DNA of 64,000 nucleotides, taken from the NCBI GenBank assembly GCA_964016885.1, contig CAXHJY010000244.1, positions 13,091-77,090 on the forward strand, written 5' to 3'. Position numbers and translations under genes: made by a program. How positions within the stretch are numbered: the stretch's first letter is position 1; every line of letters starts with the position of its first letter. The notes under the pieces were generated by a model. It did no database searches. It was not told where the DNA came from and saw only the letters and a list, made by a program, of their open reading frames with translations. The DNA comes from Eledone cirrhosa (lineage: Eukaryota). Below are positions 48,795 through 60,629 of the stretch, in pieces.

Positions 48795-48924
48795 ATCCTT
48801 GAGCAAGTCACTTTATTTCACGTTGCTCCTTCTACCTGGAGTTGCGACCGATAGATAGTATTAGAAAAGCCAACGGAGACATTTCTTCCTCAGGTCCGAT
48901 TTGACGAAAGTCTATCGACTGTCA
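48795..48924 (+). mobile_element. SINE family 3 body
   Basis: Homologous to 31137-31270. Confidence 0.8.
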
Positions 48925-48937
48925 ATATATATATAAA

Positions 48938-49099
48938 CAGGTAAATTTCCGTTATAACGAATACCATTATAACAAATTTTTCAGTATAACGAAATTTTTT
49001 TCACGTTCGATGTGTTAGGTCGATCTCGTTATAAAGAATTTTTCGTTACAACGAATTTTTTTAATACCCTATGAATTACTTTGTAACGGAATTTCATTG
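48938..49099. mobile_element. Tigger/pogo-like MITE
   Basis: Imperfect TIRs CAGGTAAATTTCCGTTATAA / TTGTAACGGAATTTCATTG, internal GTTATAACG motifs, TA-rich flanks. Confidence 0.6.
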
Positions 49100-49129
49100 T
49101 ATATATATATTGTAATGTAGAATAACATG

Positions 49130-49275
49130 CTGCGCAGTATAGAGTTGCGTTCTGAGTTCAAATCCCGCTTTGCCTGAGGTTAGCTTTGTCTTTCATCCTT
49201 ACGGGGTCGATAAAATAAAGTACCAGTAATACACTGAGATAATTTCTGGCCTTGTGCCTAAAGTAGAAACAATTA
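49130..49275 (+). mobile_element. SINE family 1
   Basis: B-box and body present. Confidence 0.88.
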
Positions 49276-49380
49276 TTATTATTACTAGTAGTAGTAGTAG
49301 TAATAGTAGTAGTAGTAGTAGTACAGATTAAAAGTTTAAGCAAAGAAGCGGGATCTTCCGACATATTTTTAAAAGTTACG

Positions 49381-49427
<47 letters not shown>

Positions 49428-49431
<4 letters not shown>

Positions 49432-49862
49432 ACAGGGAGAAATAGACGATTATTAGGAAGAAACATTTCTTTTTTTTCCTTTTTTGTCTCTCTCTCTCTC
49501 TTTTCTGGGTTAGAAAATGATTAAAACGAAATGTTGTACTTTGTATGAAGTGTTAAAGTATTAGTTTATTTATTTATTATTTAACAATGGCATTTATTTA
49601 TCTATTTATCTATTTATATATTTATCTATTTATATATTTATATATTAATTTATAGACAATAATTAAATATATAAATAGATAAATAGATAAATAAATGCCA
49701 TTGTTAAATAATAAATAAATCAACTAATACCTTAACACATCACACAAAGTAAAATATTTCGTTTTAATCATTTTCTAACCCAGAAAAACGAGAGAGAGAA
49801 ACAAAAAAGGAAAAAAAGATATTTTTATTCTTCCTAATAATCGTCTATTTCTCCCTGTTTTT
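49428..49862. repeat. ~435-bp imperfect fold-back island between TA arrays
   Basis: AAAACAGGGAGAAATAGACGATTATTAGGAAGAA ... TTCTTCCTAATAATCGTCTATTTCTCCCTGTTTT; arms pair along the whole length. Confidence 0.92.
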
Positions 49863-49980
49863 ATATATATATATATATATATATCCTAACTCGTGTGCTT
49901 CCTCTCCACATTTTATTATTATTATATATATATATATAAATATATATATATTAGAAAGTGAGGTTTTTTTTACAAAATGA

Positions 49981-50019
<39 letters not shown>

Positions 50020-50381
50020 CACATATATGTGTGTATGAGTGTGTATGTATAGTGCATATACATTTTTATGTATATATTTAAAGGATTATGTGTGGGTGTG
50101 TGAATATGTAGGTGTTCGTAGCTAGGTGCTCTATAGTGTTATTAGTACATGAACAATGAAATCGTGTCTTCATCAATCAGTTGTCTTCGGGCAATACGAT
50201 TCTATACGATGCTGCATATTCAGTTTGCAACAGTAATTTCAAGGAAAATCATTTGCGATGGGCTAGTTACCTGTCCATGGGGAGTTTTGCTTCTCATTAT
50301 CCATGAATGAAAATGTGCAGAAGTGGTATATATATATTAGTGGTATAGATATATTATATGTGCAGAAGTGGTATATATATA

Positions 50382-50743
50382 TTAGAAAGTGAGGTTTTTT
50401 TACAAAATGAAAAATAACCGAGGTGTCCTACACGAATGAAAGTATAAAGAAAAAAAGATGAAATCGAAAATGCAACTGGAGTCTTATTTTTTTTTTAAAT
50501 ATATATATTTATTTGGTTCCTTTACCGGTTTCGCAGTTCTTCTGCTTTTCAAAAGTAGAGTTGAGGTGGAGGGTCTGTGGTTTTTCTCACATCTGATGTG
50601 AGAAAAACCACAGACCCTCCATCTCAACTCTACTTTTGAAAAGCAGAAGAACTGCGAAACCGGTAAAGGAACCAAATAAATATATATATATTTTTTTTAA
50701 ATAAGACTGCAGTTGCATTTTCGATATCATCTTTTTTTCTTTA
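50382..50743. mobile_element. Fold-back family A, copy 3 (complete palindrome)
   Basis: Centre TTTTTCTCACATC-T-GATGTGAGAAAAA, with arms of ~150 bp. Confidence 0.88.
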
Positions 50744-50760
50744 TATATATATCTATATAT

Positions 50761-50931
50761 CTAAGGCGGGTAAAATTCCCGAGATCCATGGACGAGTTCT
50801 CTCCAGCGGTCTCTGTCCCTCATTATCGCTGCCATGTCCTGCATCTCCAACAGACCAGTGTCTGTCCTGAGGGCATCAACATACGTTAACCTTGGTCTTC
50901 CTCTTCTAGTGTGTCCATGTAGGGGCTCCCA
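50761..50931 (-). mobile_element. RTE-clade LINE 3' fragment
   Basis: WEPLHGHTRRGRPRLTYVDAL...MRDRDRWRELV, a typical RTE ORF C-terminus. Confidence 0.8.
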
Positions 50932-51033
50932 CACACACACACACACATATATATATATCAACAATGGCATATACTTAACTCGTCCTATGGACTAACTGCT
51001 CTAAGCTCTTGAATATTTATACCACGTTTCAAC

Positions 51034-51127
<94 letters not shown>

Positions 51128-51279
51128 ATATGTGTATGGATATGTATATATATATACAGACACACACACACCTGGGTGAAACTACAGTAACTTCACCTTA
51201 CTCCCACTGGATATATATATATATATATATGGTTGTGAGTTTAAAGGTCACTGAGTGCATTTGAAATGTCATGTTATAG

Positions 51280-51615
51280 GTGTGCACTCAGAGTTAGCTG
51301 GACAGTTCACAGAACAAATGAATCAGTCCTGGAAGAGATTGGCGCCAATTGACAGTTGGTTGAAACAGTAAGGAAAAGGAATTGTAGTATTTTGGTCACG
51401 TCATCGGGGTCTAAAATTCAACTACCCACATCCTTGAGGGACGAATACAGGGGGAAAGGGCCAGGGGACGGCAGAAAAGGAGATGGAAAGATGATATTAA
51501 GGAATGGACAGGAAGGGGTTTGGCGGAATGTACAGCAATGGCAAGAGACAGGAAAAGATGGAGGGTGTTGGTCCATAAGTCCATGACCCTTGACCCTCAG
51601 ATTTGATGGGATGAG
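51280..51615 (+). mobile_element. RTE-clade LINE 3' fragment (frameshifted)
   Basis: Across frames: LRVSWTVHRTNESVLEE...YFGHV...ILEGRIQG..RARGRQKRRWKDDIKEWTG. Confidence 0.8.
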
Positions 51616-51648
51616 AACGAGCGAGCGTGTGTGCGTATATATATACAT

Positions 51649-51850
51649 AACGAAGGAAATGTGGTAAGGAACCAGGTGGACCATAACGCACCAAAGTACT
51701 CAATACTTAGGGTAGTAGAGTGGGTAATAGGAACGAGTAGGACCCCGACGGCTGAGCTCAAGCCGTTTCGACGGCTAATTCTGGACATTTTAGTGCAGAA
51801 TTAGCCGTCGAAACGGCTTGAGCTCAGCCGTCGGGGTCCTACTCGTTCCT
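51649..51850 (-). mobile_element. Fold-back family B copy
   Basis: Homologous to 33300-33498. Confidence 0.85.
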
Positions 51851-51959
51851 ATATATATATATATATATGTATGTAAAAGGTAAACAGAAATAACAACACA
51901 ATCGGTACAGTATATGGAAGGTATATATTAGGTTAACGCTTGATATAGCAGGAAGAGGA

Positions 51960-51995
51960 TCTTAACGTTTCGGACGCTAGTCCTTTATCAGAAGA
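51960..51995 (-). ncRNA. Minimal hammerhead-like motif (element 51870-52030)
   Basis: Minus strand: TCTT CTGATAA A GGAC-tagc-GTCC GAAA CG TT AAGA, with a G8-to-A core change. Confidence 0.55.
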
Positions 51996-52593
51996 AAGAA
52001 TGAGAAATAAAATAGATTAAGGGGACAGGCTGGGTGGAATTCGAAAAAATGTCTTTAGATAAAAATAATAGGTCCATTCATGTTGACATTTCTTGCAAAA
52101 TTGTTGGTGCTGGCGTTTTATATATATATATATATTAGAAAAGGGAAGTAAGGATTCTATACAAAACAGTGAATATAGAGAAATGGTGAAGTTGGAAATA
52201 GCACGGGAGATATATTTAAGGGTCTGTTTTTCTATGTTGATTCGTAAAAGTGACACTATTGAAAAGATAACTACGGGGGTCGATAAAATAAAGTACCAGT
52301 AATACACTGGGTAATTGCTCGCCTTGTGCCAAAAGTAGAAACAATTATTTTAAAAAATGAGAGGGACAAAAATGTTTATAATGTATATAAAGTATATGAA
52401 GAATTACCGGTTTCGATGTATATATATCTATATATGTATATGTATGTGTGTATATATTTATGTATATGTGCATATATATAACAAAGGAATTGTGGTAAGG
52501 AACCAGATGGACCATAACGCCCCAGAGTACTCAATACTTAGGGTAGTAGACTGGGAAATAGGAAAAAGTATGACCCCGACGGCAGAGCTCAAG

Positions 52594-52638
<45 letters not shown>

Positions 52639-52871
52639 GTGTGTATGTGTGAGCGTCCGACTTTGTTTCCTCATAACTTTCCTTAACAATATATATTTTG
52701 TTAAGATATAGCAATTGGAAAGACCAACGGAAACATTGTTTCCTCGGTCCGATTTGACGAGCTCCGCCCCACTTAAGCGAATCAAGTCTGGGATCTTCAC
52801 GATCGACTGTCGATATATTCGAAGACTTAGATTAAAATTTTGATAATTTTAATCATTGGATTGGCAGTAAT

Positions 52872-53055
52872 GGCGGTGGATTGGCAGTAGCGGGTCGAAC
52901 GCCACGCTTTTCAGCATAGATTTACGGCCCTTTACAATCTGAGTTCAATTCCTGCCGAGGTTAACTTTGCCTTTCATCCTTACGAGGTCGATAAAATAAA
53001 GTACCAGTAATACACTGGGGTAATTGCTGACCTTGTGCCAAAAGTAGAAACAATT
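52872..53055 (+). mobile_element. SINE family 1 (plus 3' fragment at 52272-52346)
   Basis: Head GGCGGTGGATTGGCAGTA, B-box and body. Confidence 0.9.
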
Positions 53056-53843
53056 ATTATTACTATTTTTTTTTTTTTTTTGGTGTTGTATTTTTTAATT
53101 GATTGTCATTAACCTTCTGGAAATTACCGGAAGTTATCTGTGATCTTGAAACTCTGGATTTCCAGACGATGATTCCAATTCTCACGCATACATTAATAAT
53201 TATTCCTGCAGATTTTTTTTGTTTTGTTTAAACGTGTTCGTTAACCTTTTATTCTTACATTCTCTATAATCTTAATATGTTAATTCCGGTGCTCCACCAG
53301 ATCTTATTTATTTTACCGCTCTCGAAAGAATAAAACACAAAACCAAATTATCTATATATGTATATACAGAAAAATATGTGGAACACTCATCGTCGAGTCT
53401 GACGAAAGTCCAATACACAATATATAAATAAAAACATGCATGTTTTTTTCTTTGTTATCGGTTGTTTTGTTGTTGTTTTTTGACGAGGGATAGGGAATAT
53501 ATTTTGGTTTGTTTTTTGTATAAAATTCAGGAATCCAAGAGACTGGAAGATGTTTTTACTTACCAAAATATGTAGTTGTTGTTTTTTTTTTTTTGGGGGG
53601 GGGGGGGGTTATAAGGTTTTTGAAATGAAATCGTGTGTTGAAACAGATGTTGTTGTTATATTTGGGGAGGGTGATATTGTTATAATATTGCCACAAAAAA
53701 GTAGTAACACAAAAGAACTTTGAGAAATTATATTTTTATTTATATATTTTTAACTGTTGGTCAATCAATGATAAACATTGATTGCCAGCTAAATTATTTA
53801 TAGAAATATAAAAAAAATATCTTCTTCTTGTGCTATTACTGTA

Positions 53844-54116
53844 TCAGTGTTTGGCGATCCGTGAGGTTCCAGGCTGTTTGATATCAGGGGAGATCCCTCA
53901 GTGTTTGACAATCCGTGACGTTCCAGGCTGTTTGATATCAGGGGAGATCCCTCAGTGTTTGACAATCCGTGACGTTCCATGCTGTTCGATCTCAGGGGAG
54001 ATCCCTCAGTGTTTGACGATCCGTGACGTTCCAGGCTGTTCGATCTCAGGGGAAGATCCCTCAGTGTTTGACGAACCATGACGTTCCACGTTGTTCGATC
54101 TTGGGCTAGAGATCCC
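53844..54116. repeat. 54-bp tandem repeat, ~5 copies, at the 3' end of an RTE fragment
   Basis: TCAGTGTTTGAC.ATCCGTGACGTTCCAGGCTGTT.GAT.TCAGGGGAGATCCC at 53844, 53898 and onward. Confidence 0.92.
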
Positions 54117-54350
54117 CCACTTCTGTGGCTTTGATGTTGAAATTGTCAAAAAAAAGGACCTCATTTGACGACCTCTGGCACGCTTCCAAGGAATTTTTCT
54201 GCTAATAGAAAGGTCTTCCAGCATGTCTTTCCTGATGACATGTCCTCGGAACATTAGTTGTCTCTATTTAATAGTAAGCAGTATCTCACATTCAATCCAC
54301 ACTCTCTTCAGAACCTCTTCATTATTTATTCAGTCGACGTACGAGATCCT
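54117..54350 (-). mobile_element. RTE-clade LINE fragment
   Basis: FRGHVIRKDMLEDL...KRARGRQ, preceded by NNEEVL. Confidence 0.7.
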
Positions 54351-55102
54351 GAGTATTCTTTGATAGAAATACATTTTGGTAGACTCGAGATATCTCCGTG
54401 TCTGATTCGTGAAAGTCCACGATTCGCAGCCATAAAAAAGCGTTGGACAGATTTTGATAAAAATACACAGAATCGAAAACCAACCCAAACCAAACAGTGA
54501 GTGCGTGTTTACTAGTTTTTTTTTTCTTTTTTCTTTTTGGCAATATTAGGACAACATGACCCTCCCCAAATATAACAATATTTGTTTCTGTTTGTTTGTT
54601 GTTTTTTTTTGTGGGGTTGAGGTGGAAGTGTCTTTTGATTGGTTTTCAGTGTAAAATTAAGAAGTCTAAGAGACTGGGGAATGTTTTTACTTACCAGAAT
54701 GAAGCAGCAAAACAAAACTGGGACTGTGAAAAATAGCATTCAACTTTCAGCTAAATCCGTTCCAAATTTGCAACATAGACAAGCAACAGATGCACCAAAC
54801 ACTATCCAACATGGTGACTGTCAATTACGAGACAACAACGTGAGCGAGAACTTACGCCCCGAGATTTCTCGCGATTAGCTTCCGAGAATTTGATATTTGG
54901 TTATTTGTCCGTGAACAACTGGGAGGACATGAATGATTGAAAAAAATATTTATTACCACACACACATATATATATATATATATCAGAGTCGGGCTAGGTC
55001 GATACAGATCGAACTTTGAGCTGATCAGTGGCGAAACGCGCGTCACCAACCAATAAACGTAATGAAGGAGTAACCACTCGTCCTTGTTTTGTTTTAAATA
55101 TA

Positions 55103-55174
<72 letters not shown>

Positions 55175-55177
<3 letters not shown>

Positions 55178-55342
55178 AAAGAGAGTGTGGTAAGATACCA
55201 GGTGGACCATAACGCAACAGAGTACTCAATGCTTCGGGTATTAGAGTTGGTAATAGGAAAAGATTCAGGACCCCGATGGCTGAGCTCCGGCCGTTTCGAC
55301 AGCTAGATTCGAACGGTTCGGATCTAGCTATCGAAACGGCCG
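55175..55342 (-). mobile_element. Fold-back family B, variant subfamily
   Basis: Tail homology plus palindrome CGGCCGTTTCGACAGCTAGAT...ATCTAGCTATCGAAACGGCCG. Confidence 0.8.
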
Positions 55343-55665
55343 AATATCAGAGAAAGAAATCTAAGAGAAAAAATAAAAAAAATGTTTTAATAAATAAAAC
55401 AATTAAGCTATTCCTAGAGCTATTAGTAATATTTAGGGTCGACTTCTGGTCATTATTGAAAGTCTCTGGATTTCGCAAAATACATATTTTTTATTGGAGA
55501 AGGTAAAATATTTTTCCGCAAAAATTTGATTGCACTGTTTTGTTTCCACTTATGTATTTTTCGAAAATGTTATTTATTCATTATAAAAATTAAATGATAG
55601 CATTCTATATGTAGGTGGGCCCCCTTCATCTCCTGGCAACCAATATTTTTAGACCCAGTCCACCA

Positions 55666-55709
<44 letters not shown>

Positions 55710-55711
<2 letters not shown>

Positions 55712-55865
55712 CGAAGGAAATGTAGTAAGGAACCAGGTGGACCATAACGCACCAAAGTACTCAATACTTAGGGTAGTAGAGTGGGTAATAGGAACAAATA
55801 AGACCCCGACGTACAGAATTAGCCGTCGAAACGGCTTGAGCTCAGCCGTCGGGGTCTTATTTGTT

Positions 55866-55868
<3 letters not shown>
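55710..55868 (-). mobile_element. Fold-back family B copy (one arm partly deleted)
   Basis: Homologous to 51649-51850. Confidence 0.85.
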
Positions 55869-55906
<38 letters not shown>

Positions 55907-56137
55907 CCAATCATTGTAAGTTTGAATCTGACATGCAAAAACATATATATATATATGAATAAAGTAAGCCCAACCATAGTAGATTCAAATATCACAGAGA
56001 GAAAGAGAGAGAGGGGAAGAGAGAGAGGGGGGAATGAGGTGCAACAGAAATGAAACATGGATTACAGGTTAAAATATAGTCTCAAGATAGATGAGAAACA
56101 AAATGAGGATGTAGTTTATGGAATACCCAAATGATTT

Positions 56138-56603
56138 AGAAGTCGACCTTAAGTAGGAGTTATAACATTAAGAAAGACATGAACGACACCACAACCCTTT
56201 GTTTTGAAAATTTTGAACCTAGGTTTATAAGTATGAATTTTCACAATTGTCTCTGTGGCCTAGTGTTAGGTACTAGAGACGGTGGAGATCCTGGCATTGG
56301 GTTCAATCCTGGTCAGGAGGTACATGTAACCTTTTTCAGTTTTTATTTTAGAACCAATAGAATAAAACTAAAAAAGGTTTACGGGGAACCTTACTCCCGA
56401 CCAGGATCGAACTTCAGACCAGGATCGAACTTCAGACCATGATCACCACCGTCTATGATTCTTCCAGCTAGGGCACCGAGACTGCTACAAAAATATAATG
56501 AAAATTGATAATTATAAACTTACTTTCAAAATCAAAATCAAAATTAAAAAGATGTCGTTCATGGCTTTCCTAGAGCTATTAGTAATATTTAGGGTCGACT
56601 TCT
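56138..56603. mobile_element. Diverged ~465-bp fold-back element with a tRNA-like segment in each arm
   Basis: Ends AGAAGTCGACC / GGTCGACTTCT; inner CATGAACGACA / TGTCGTTCATG; B-box-like GGTTCAATCCTGGTC versus GACCAGGATCGAAC. Confidence 0.65.
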
Positions 56604-56609
56604 GTGTCC

Positions 56610-56895
56610 TAGACCAAGACACTTAATTCCAGTCCACTGTACCCTTGAACAAGACACTTTATTCCAGTCCACTGTATCCTTGAGCAAGACACTTTATTTC
56701 ACGTTGCTCCGGTCCACTCAGCTGGGGGAAATGAGTTTTACCTGTAATTCGAAGGGGCCAGTCTTGTCACATTGTGTCACGCTGAGAACTACGTTATGTA
56801 TATGCGTGTTTGTGGAATGCTCAGCCACATACACGTTAACTTCACGAGCCAGCTGTTCCATTGATCTTATCAATTGGAAAACTTGGAATACCGTA
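56610..56895 (+). mobile_element. SINE family 2 body
   Basis: CCTTGAGCAAGACACTTTATTTCACGTTGCTCC...; homologous to 26950-27205. Confidence 0.8.
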
Positions 56896-56944
56896 ACAGT
56901 GTGTGTGTGTGTATTACACACACATATATATAGAGAGAGATACG

Positions 56945-57030
<86 letters not shown>

Positions 57031-57819
57031 TATGTATGTATACGATATTAAACAAATGGAAACTATATTTATAAAACCATATTTATTTCGTTATATATAT
57101 TTCTGGGATATCAAATTAAAAATATGGTATGCCTTTCTCAGACAAAATACAATATATAAGCTGTTTTATAAATAATTTTGACATACCTTAGAATAATGCA
57201 ACTTCCATTTAAAAAGTTGATTTGGTAGTAAACCTACTCCAAAAACTGTTGAGTGCTTTTATATCTGTTATAAAATATTTACTCGTTGTAACCCAACAAT
57301 TTTAAATAAATCTTTTGTATATGTATGTATAGATATATATTACACATGTATAAAGATAGATATGTATATATGTATGTATGTATGTATTTATATTACACAC
57401 ACATGTATAAAGATAGCTACGTATATATATATGTGTGTGCGTGTGTGTGTGTCAGGTAGTTTATACATTAACTATTGACTTCCACTTTCTATATGTAACA
57501 GAACGAAGGCGAGTATAGATAACATACGTATAGTTGTATACGTTAAATAAAGCAAATATGAGTGAATTGAACAAAAAAATAACGGATTTCCGGCGAGTCT
57601 CCAAGCCATGACTTCCGTTTCCAAACTCCTTTCTAATTATATAGTAACATCAACATATAATCCCGTTCTTCGTCTTTGGCAGTTTACGAATTCAGCAAAG
57701 GTTCATTAAATTATACGGTTTCTTGCCGTATAATTTAATGGTGAATCTCTTAGAGCGGATATGAAGGAAAATATACTTGAAAATGTATTTGAAAAGTTGA
57801 AGTTCCATAGAAAAGATAT

Positions 57820-58196
57820 TTGTTTCTACTTTTGGCACAAGGCCAGCAATTATCCCAGTGTATTACTGGTACTTTATTTTATCGACCCCGTAAGGATGAA
57901 AGGCAAAGTTAACCTCAACGGGATTTGAACTCAGAATGGCAAGGCCCGTAATTCTTTGCTGCAAAGCATGGCGTCCGACTCTCTACCGACACTTCCAATC
58001 CACCAATCAGAGTTTCTACTTTTAGCGCAAGGCCAGAGATTACCCCAGTGTATTACTGGTATTTTATTTTATCAAACCTCGTAAGGAGGAAAGGCAAAGT
58101 TAACCTCGGCGGATTTGAACTCAGAATGGCAAGGGCTGTAACTCTATGCTGCAAAGCATGGCGGCCGGATCTCTACTGATACTGTCAAACCACCGT
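57820..58196 (-). mobile_element. Two tandem SINE family 1 copies (57820-58004, 58012-58196)
   Basis: Reverse complement of the SINE. Confidence 0.9.
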
Positions 58197-58405
58197 TCCA
58201 TAGAAAAGATGTTAGATTTTTATGCAAGGACGTTGCGATTTGTGAAGTTTTCCTTTGTGTGGATCCTGGGTTTATTTTCCCAAACTGTTTGAAAAATGTT
58301 AACGCCCGGAAATTCTCATTGACGAATCGAATAAGACTAGAATGAGTATGAAAATACTAGTCCATATCCGTGGACTAATGCAGGCTTATTATGGGCTCAT
58401 GTGTG

Positions 58406-58448
<43 letters not shown>

Positions 58449-58544
58449 TTTTGAGAAAAAGGAAAAGAATGACTTCACTTGTAGTTCTAAAAAATTTGAT
58501 TTTTACAATCCCTTTCTTAAACAATTGCAGTCAACCTTCACCAT

Positions 58545-58599
<55 letters not shown>

Positions 58600-58690
58600 T
58601 TTGCTCAAGAACACAACGCATAACACGTTCTGGGAATTGAACTCAGAACTGCACTATTGCAAGCCCAACGCTCTAACCACGTACCTTCAT
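58600..58690 (-). mobile_element. tRNA-like SINE head fragment
   Basis: Minus strand: GAAGGTACGTGGTTAGAGCG...GAGTTCAATTCCC...TTCTTGAGCAA. Confidence 0.65.
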
Positions 58691-58763
58691 ATATACATAT
58701 ATATACGCTTATACACACACACGCGCTTATATACACACACACACACATATATATATATACGCT

Positions 58764-58812
<49 letters not shown>

Positions 58813-60337
58813 GTGTATAAGCATATATATATATATCTGCATGTATACATACATACATATATATACATTTATTATGAATGCCTATGTATGTTTATGTAGA
58901 TATACCCAATATTCTATTTGAATAGAGACGACCGTTAATAAAAGAATGATGATTGCTAAACTGCCTGAAAACTTACATTAAACCCTTTTAAAAACATCCA
59001 TGTCATGAATTTACACATTTAATAACGTATTGCAATCATTCCTCCCTACTTCTTGGCAAACAATTTTGCTTGCTTGTTTGTTTGTTTGTTTTAAGATGGC
59101 TGCTCTCGTCTTCCACAAAGTTATTCTTTAAATCAACACCGTTTTATGTTTATTGAATGCTTGCTACAAACCTCAGGATGTTCGTGATTAGAATCAGAAA
59201 GAAAAAAAAAGTACAGGACACATAAAATTAAAAAGCGGCGTGAAGCGTAATCAATGAATCAAATAGTCTGCCATTAGTATCGTCTGCCACTTCTGCCACT
59301 AGTAACACTGTTAACTCACTAACACGCCATATTTATCATTTTCAGTGTTGTTTAGTGGTGATTATTGCCATTAAGTTGATGACGTTGATGTTATCGTCTG
59401 CTCCGCCATCTAGCTAGCTATCGTCTGTTTGGCTTCACAAAAGATAATGACACAACACTGTACTATATTTTCTCTTCTTTTTCTCTCTTATTTTCTTGTT
59501 GTTTAGCTTGTCTTTTCATATATACTTAAATCGCCCTGATTATCCATAAAACGAACATCTACTGTCCTTCAACTGTTGGCGATCATTATCGTTAGGTTCA
59601 CTTTTATTGACATTTCGCATATCATCAACCTCAAAAGTAATTATTTTTTTCTGCTCTTTCTTCTTTGCTTTTATAATTTCCTTTATTTCTCCCTCTCTTT
59701 TTCTCTCATTTTTCTTCTTCTTCGTTTCATTTCTTTTCTTTTCATTCCTTTCCCCTATTTTTCATCCTTTACCTCCAATTTGTGTTTCCTTTAGAAAATG
59801 TTATTCTATTTCCGTATGGCCACTTCAACACGACAAGAGGTCACATTAAAACAAAATCTTAAACATGAACACGATTCAATGATCTTTAACAAACTTTTCT
59901 CTGGCGAATTCTGATAACCATTTCGTCATTTGCGTTCGTGCTTGAGTGCAATGACGTGACCAAATGGTTGTATCACGGTAGCAGAAGCTTTTAATCTTGA
60001 GGAATTTTGCTGGCAGTCTTTCACAATACAGTTTGTTGCTGCCCGTAAATGTCTTTTATTTGCTTTTCAGTAATTGTTTTCTTAAAGTCTAATATTGACC
60101 TACTATCAAATTAAGACAGCGTGATAATAATTTACATTGAACGAAATCAGTTCAACGAACACCATTAGCAGGACACATCCAGAAATAGAACACCACCAAT
60201 CTCAAGGTTATGGAAGAAGATACAACACCACCCAATGTCAAGGTTATGGAAGAACATACACAACAACACCAAACTCAGGGTTATGGAAGAACACACACAA
60301 CAACACCACCAATCTCAAGGTTATATATAAGGTATAC

Positions 60338-60374
<37 letters not shown>

Positions 60375-60376
<2 letters not shown>

Positions 60377-60553
60377 CGAGGGAAGTGTGGTAAGGATCCA
60401 GGTGGACCATAACGCACCAGAGTACGCGATGCTTAGGGTAGTAGAGTGGGTAATAGGAAAATAGTCAAGACCCTGACGGCTGAGCTCCGACCGTTTCAGA
60501 TCTAGCTATTGAAACGGTCGGAGCTCAGCCGTCGGGGTCCTGACTCTTTTCCT
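60375..60553 (-). mobile_element. Fold-back family B, variant subfamily
   Basis: Tail homology; palindrome GACGGCTGAGCTCCGACCGTTTCA...TGAAACGGTCGGAGCTCAGCCGTC. Confidence 0.82.
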
Positions 60554-60629
60554 ATATATAGCACTCTTTTTTCCTGGACCTTTCCTATATAGACCACAGG
60601 AAAAAAGAGTTGTCTATATAGGAAAGGTC

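Noticed and set aside
50225-50305. Minus-strand ATAATGA...GAAA hammerhead candidate
   Set aside because: Core has two mismatches and stem I is absent.
57580-57745. ETS-like motifs and a 15-bp hairpin (57704-57740) as promoter or terminator
   Set aside because: Short motifs expected by chance; no linked gene identified.
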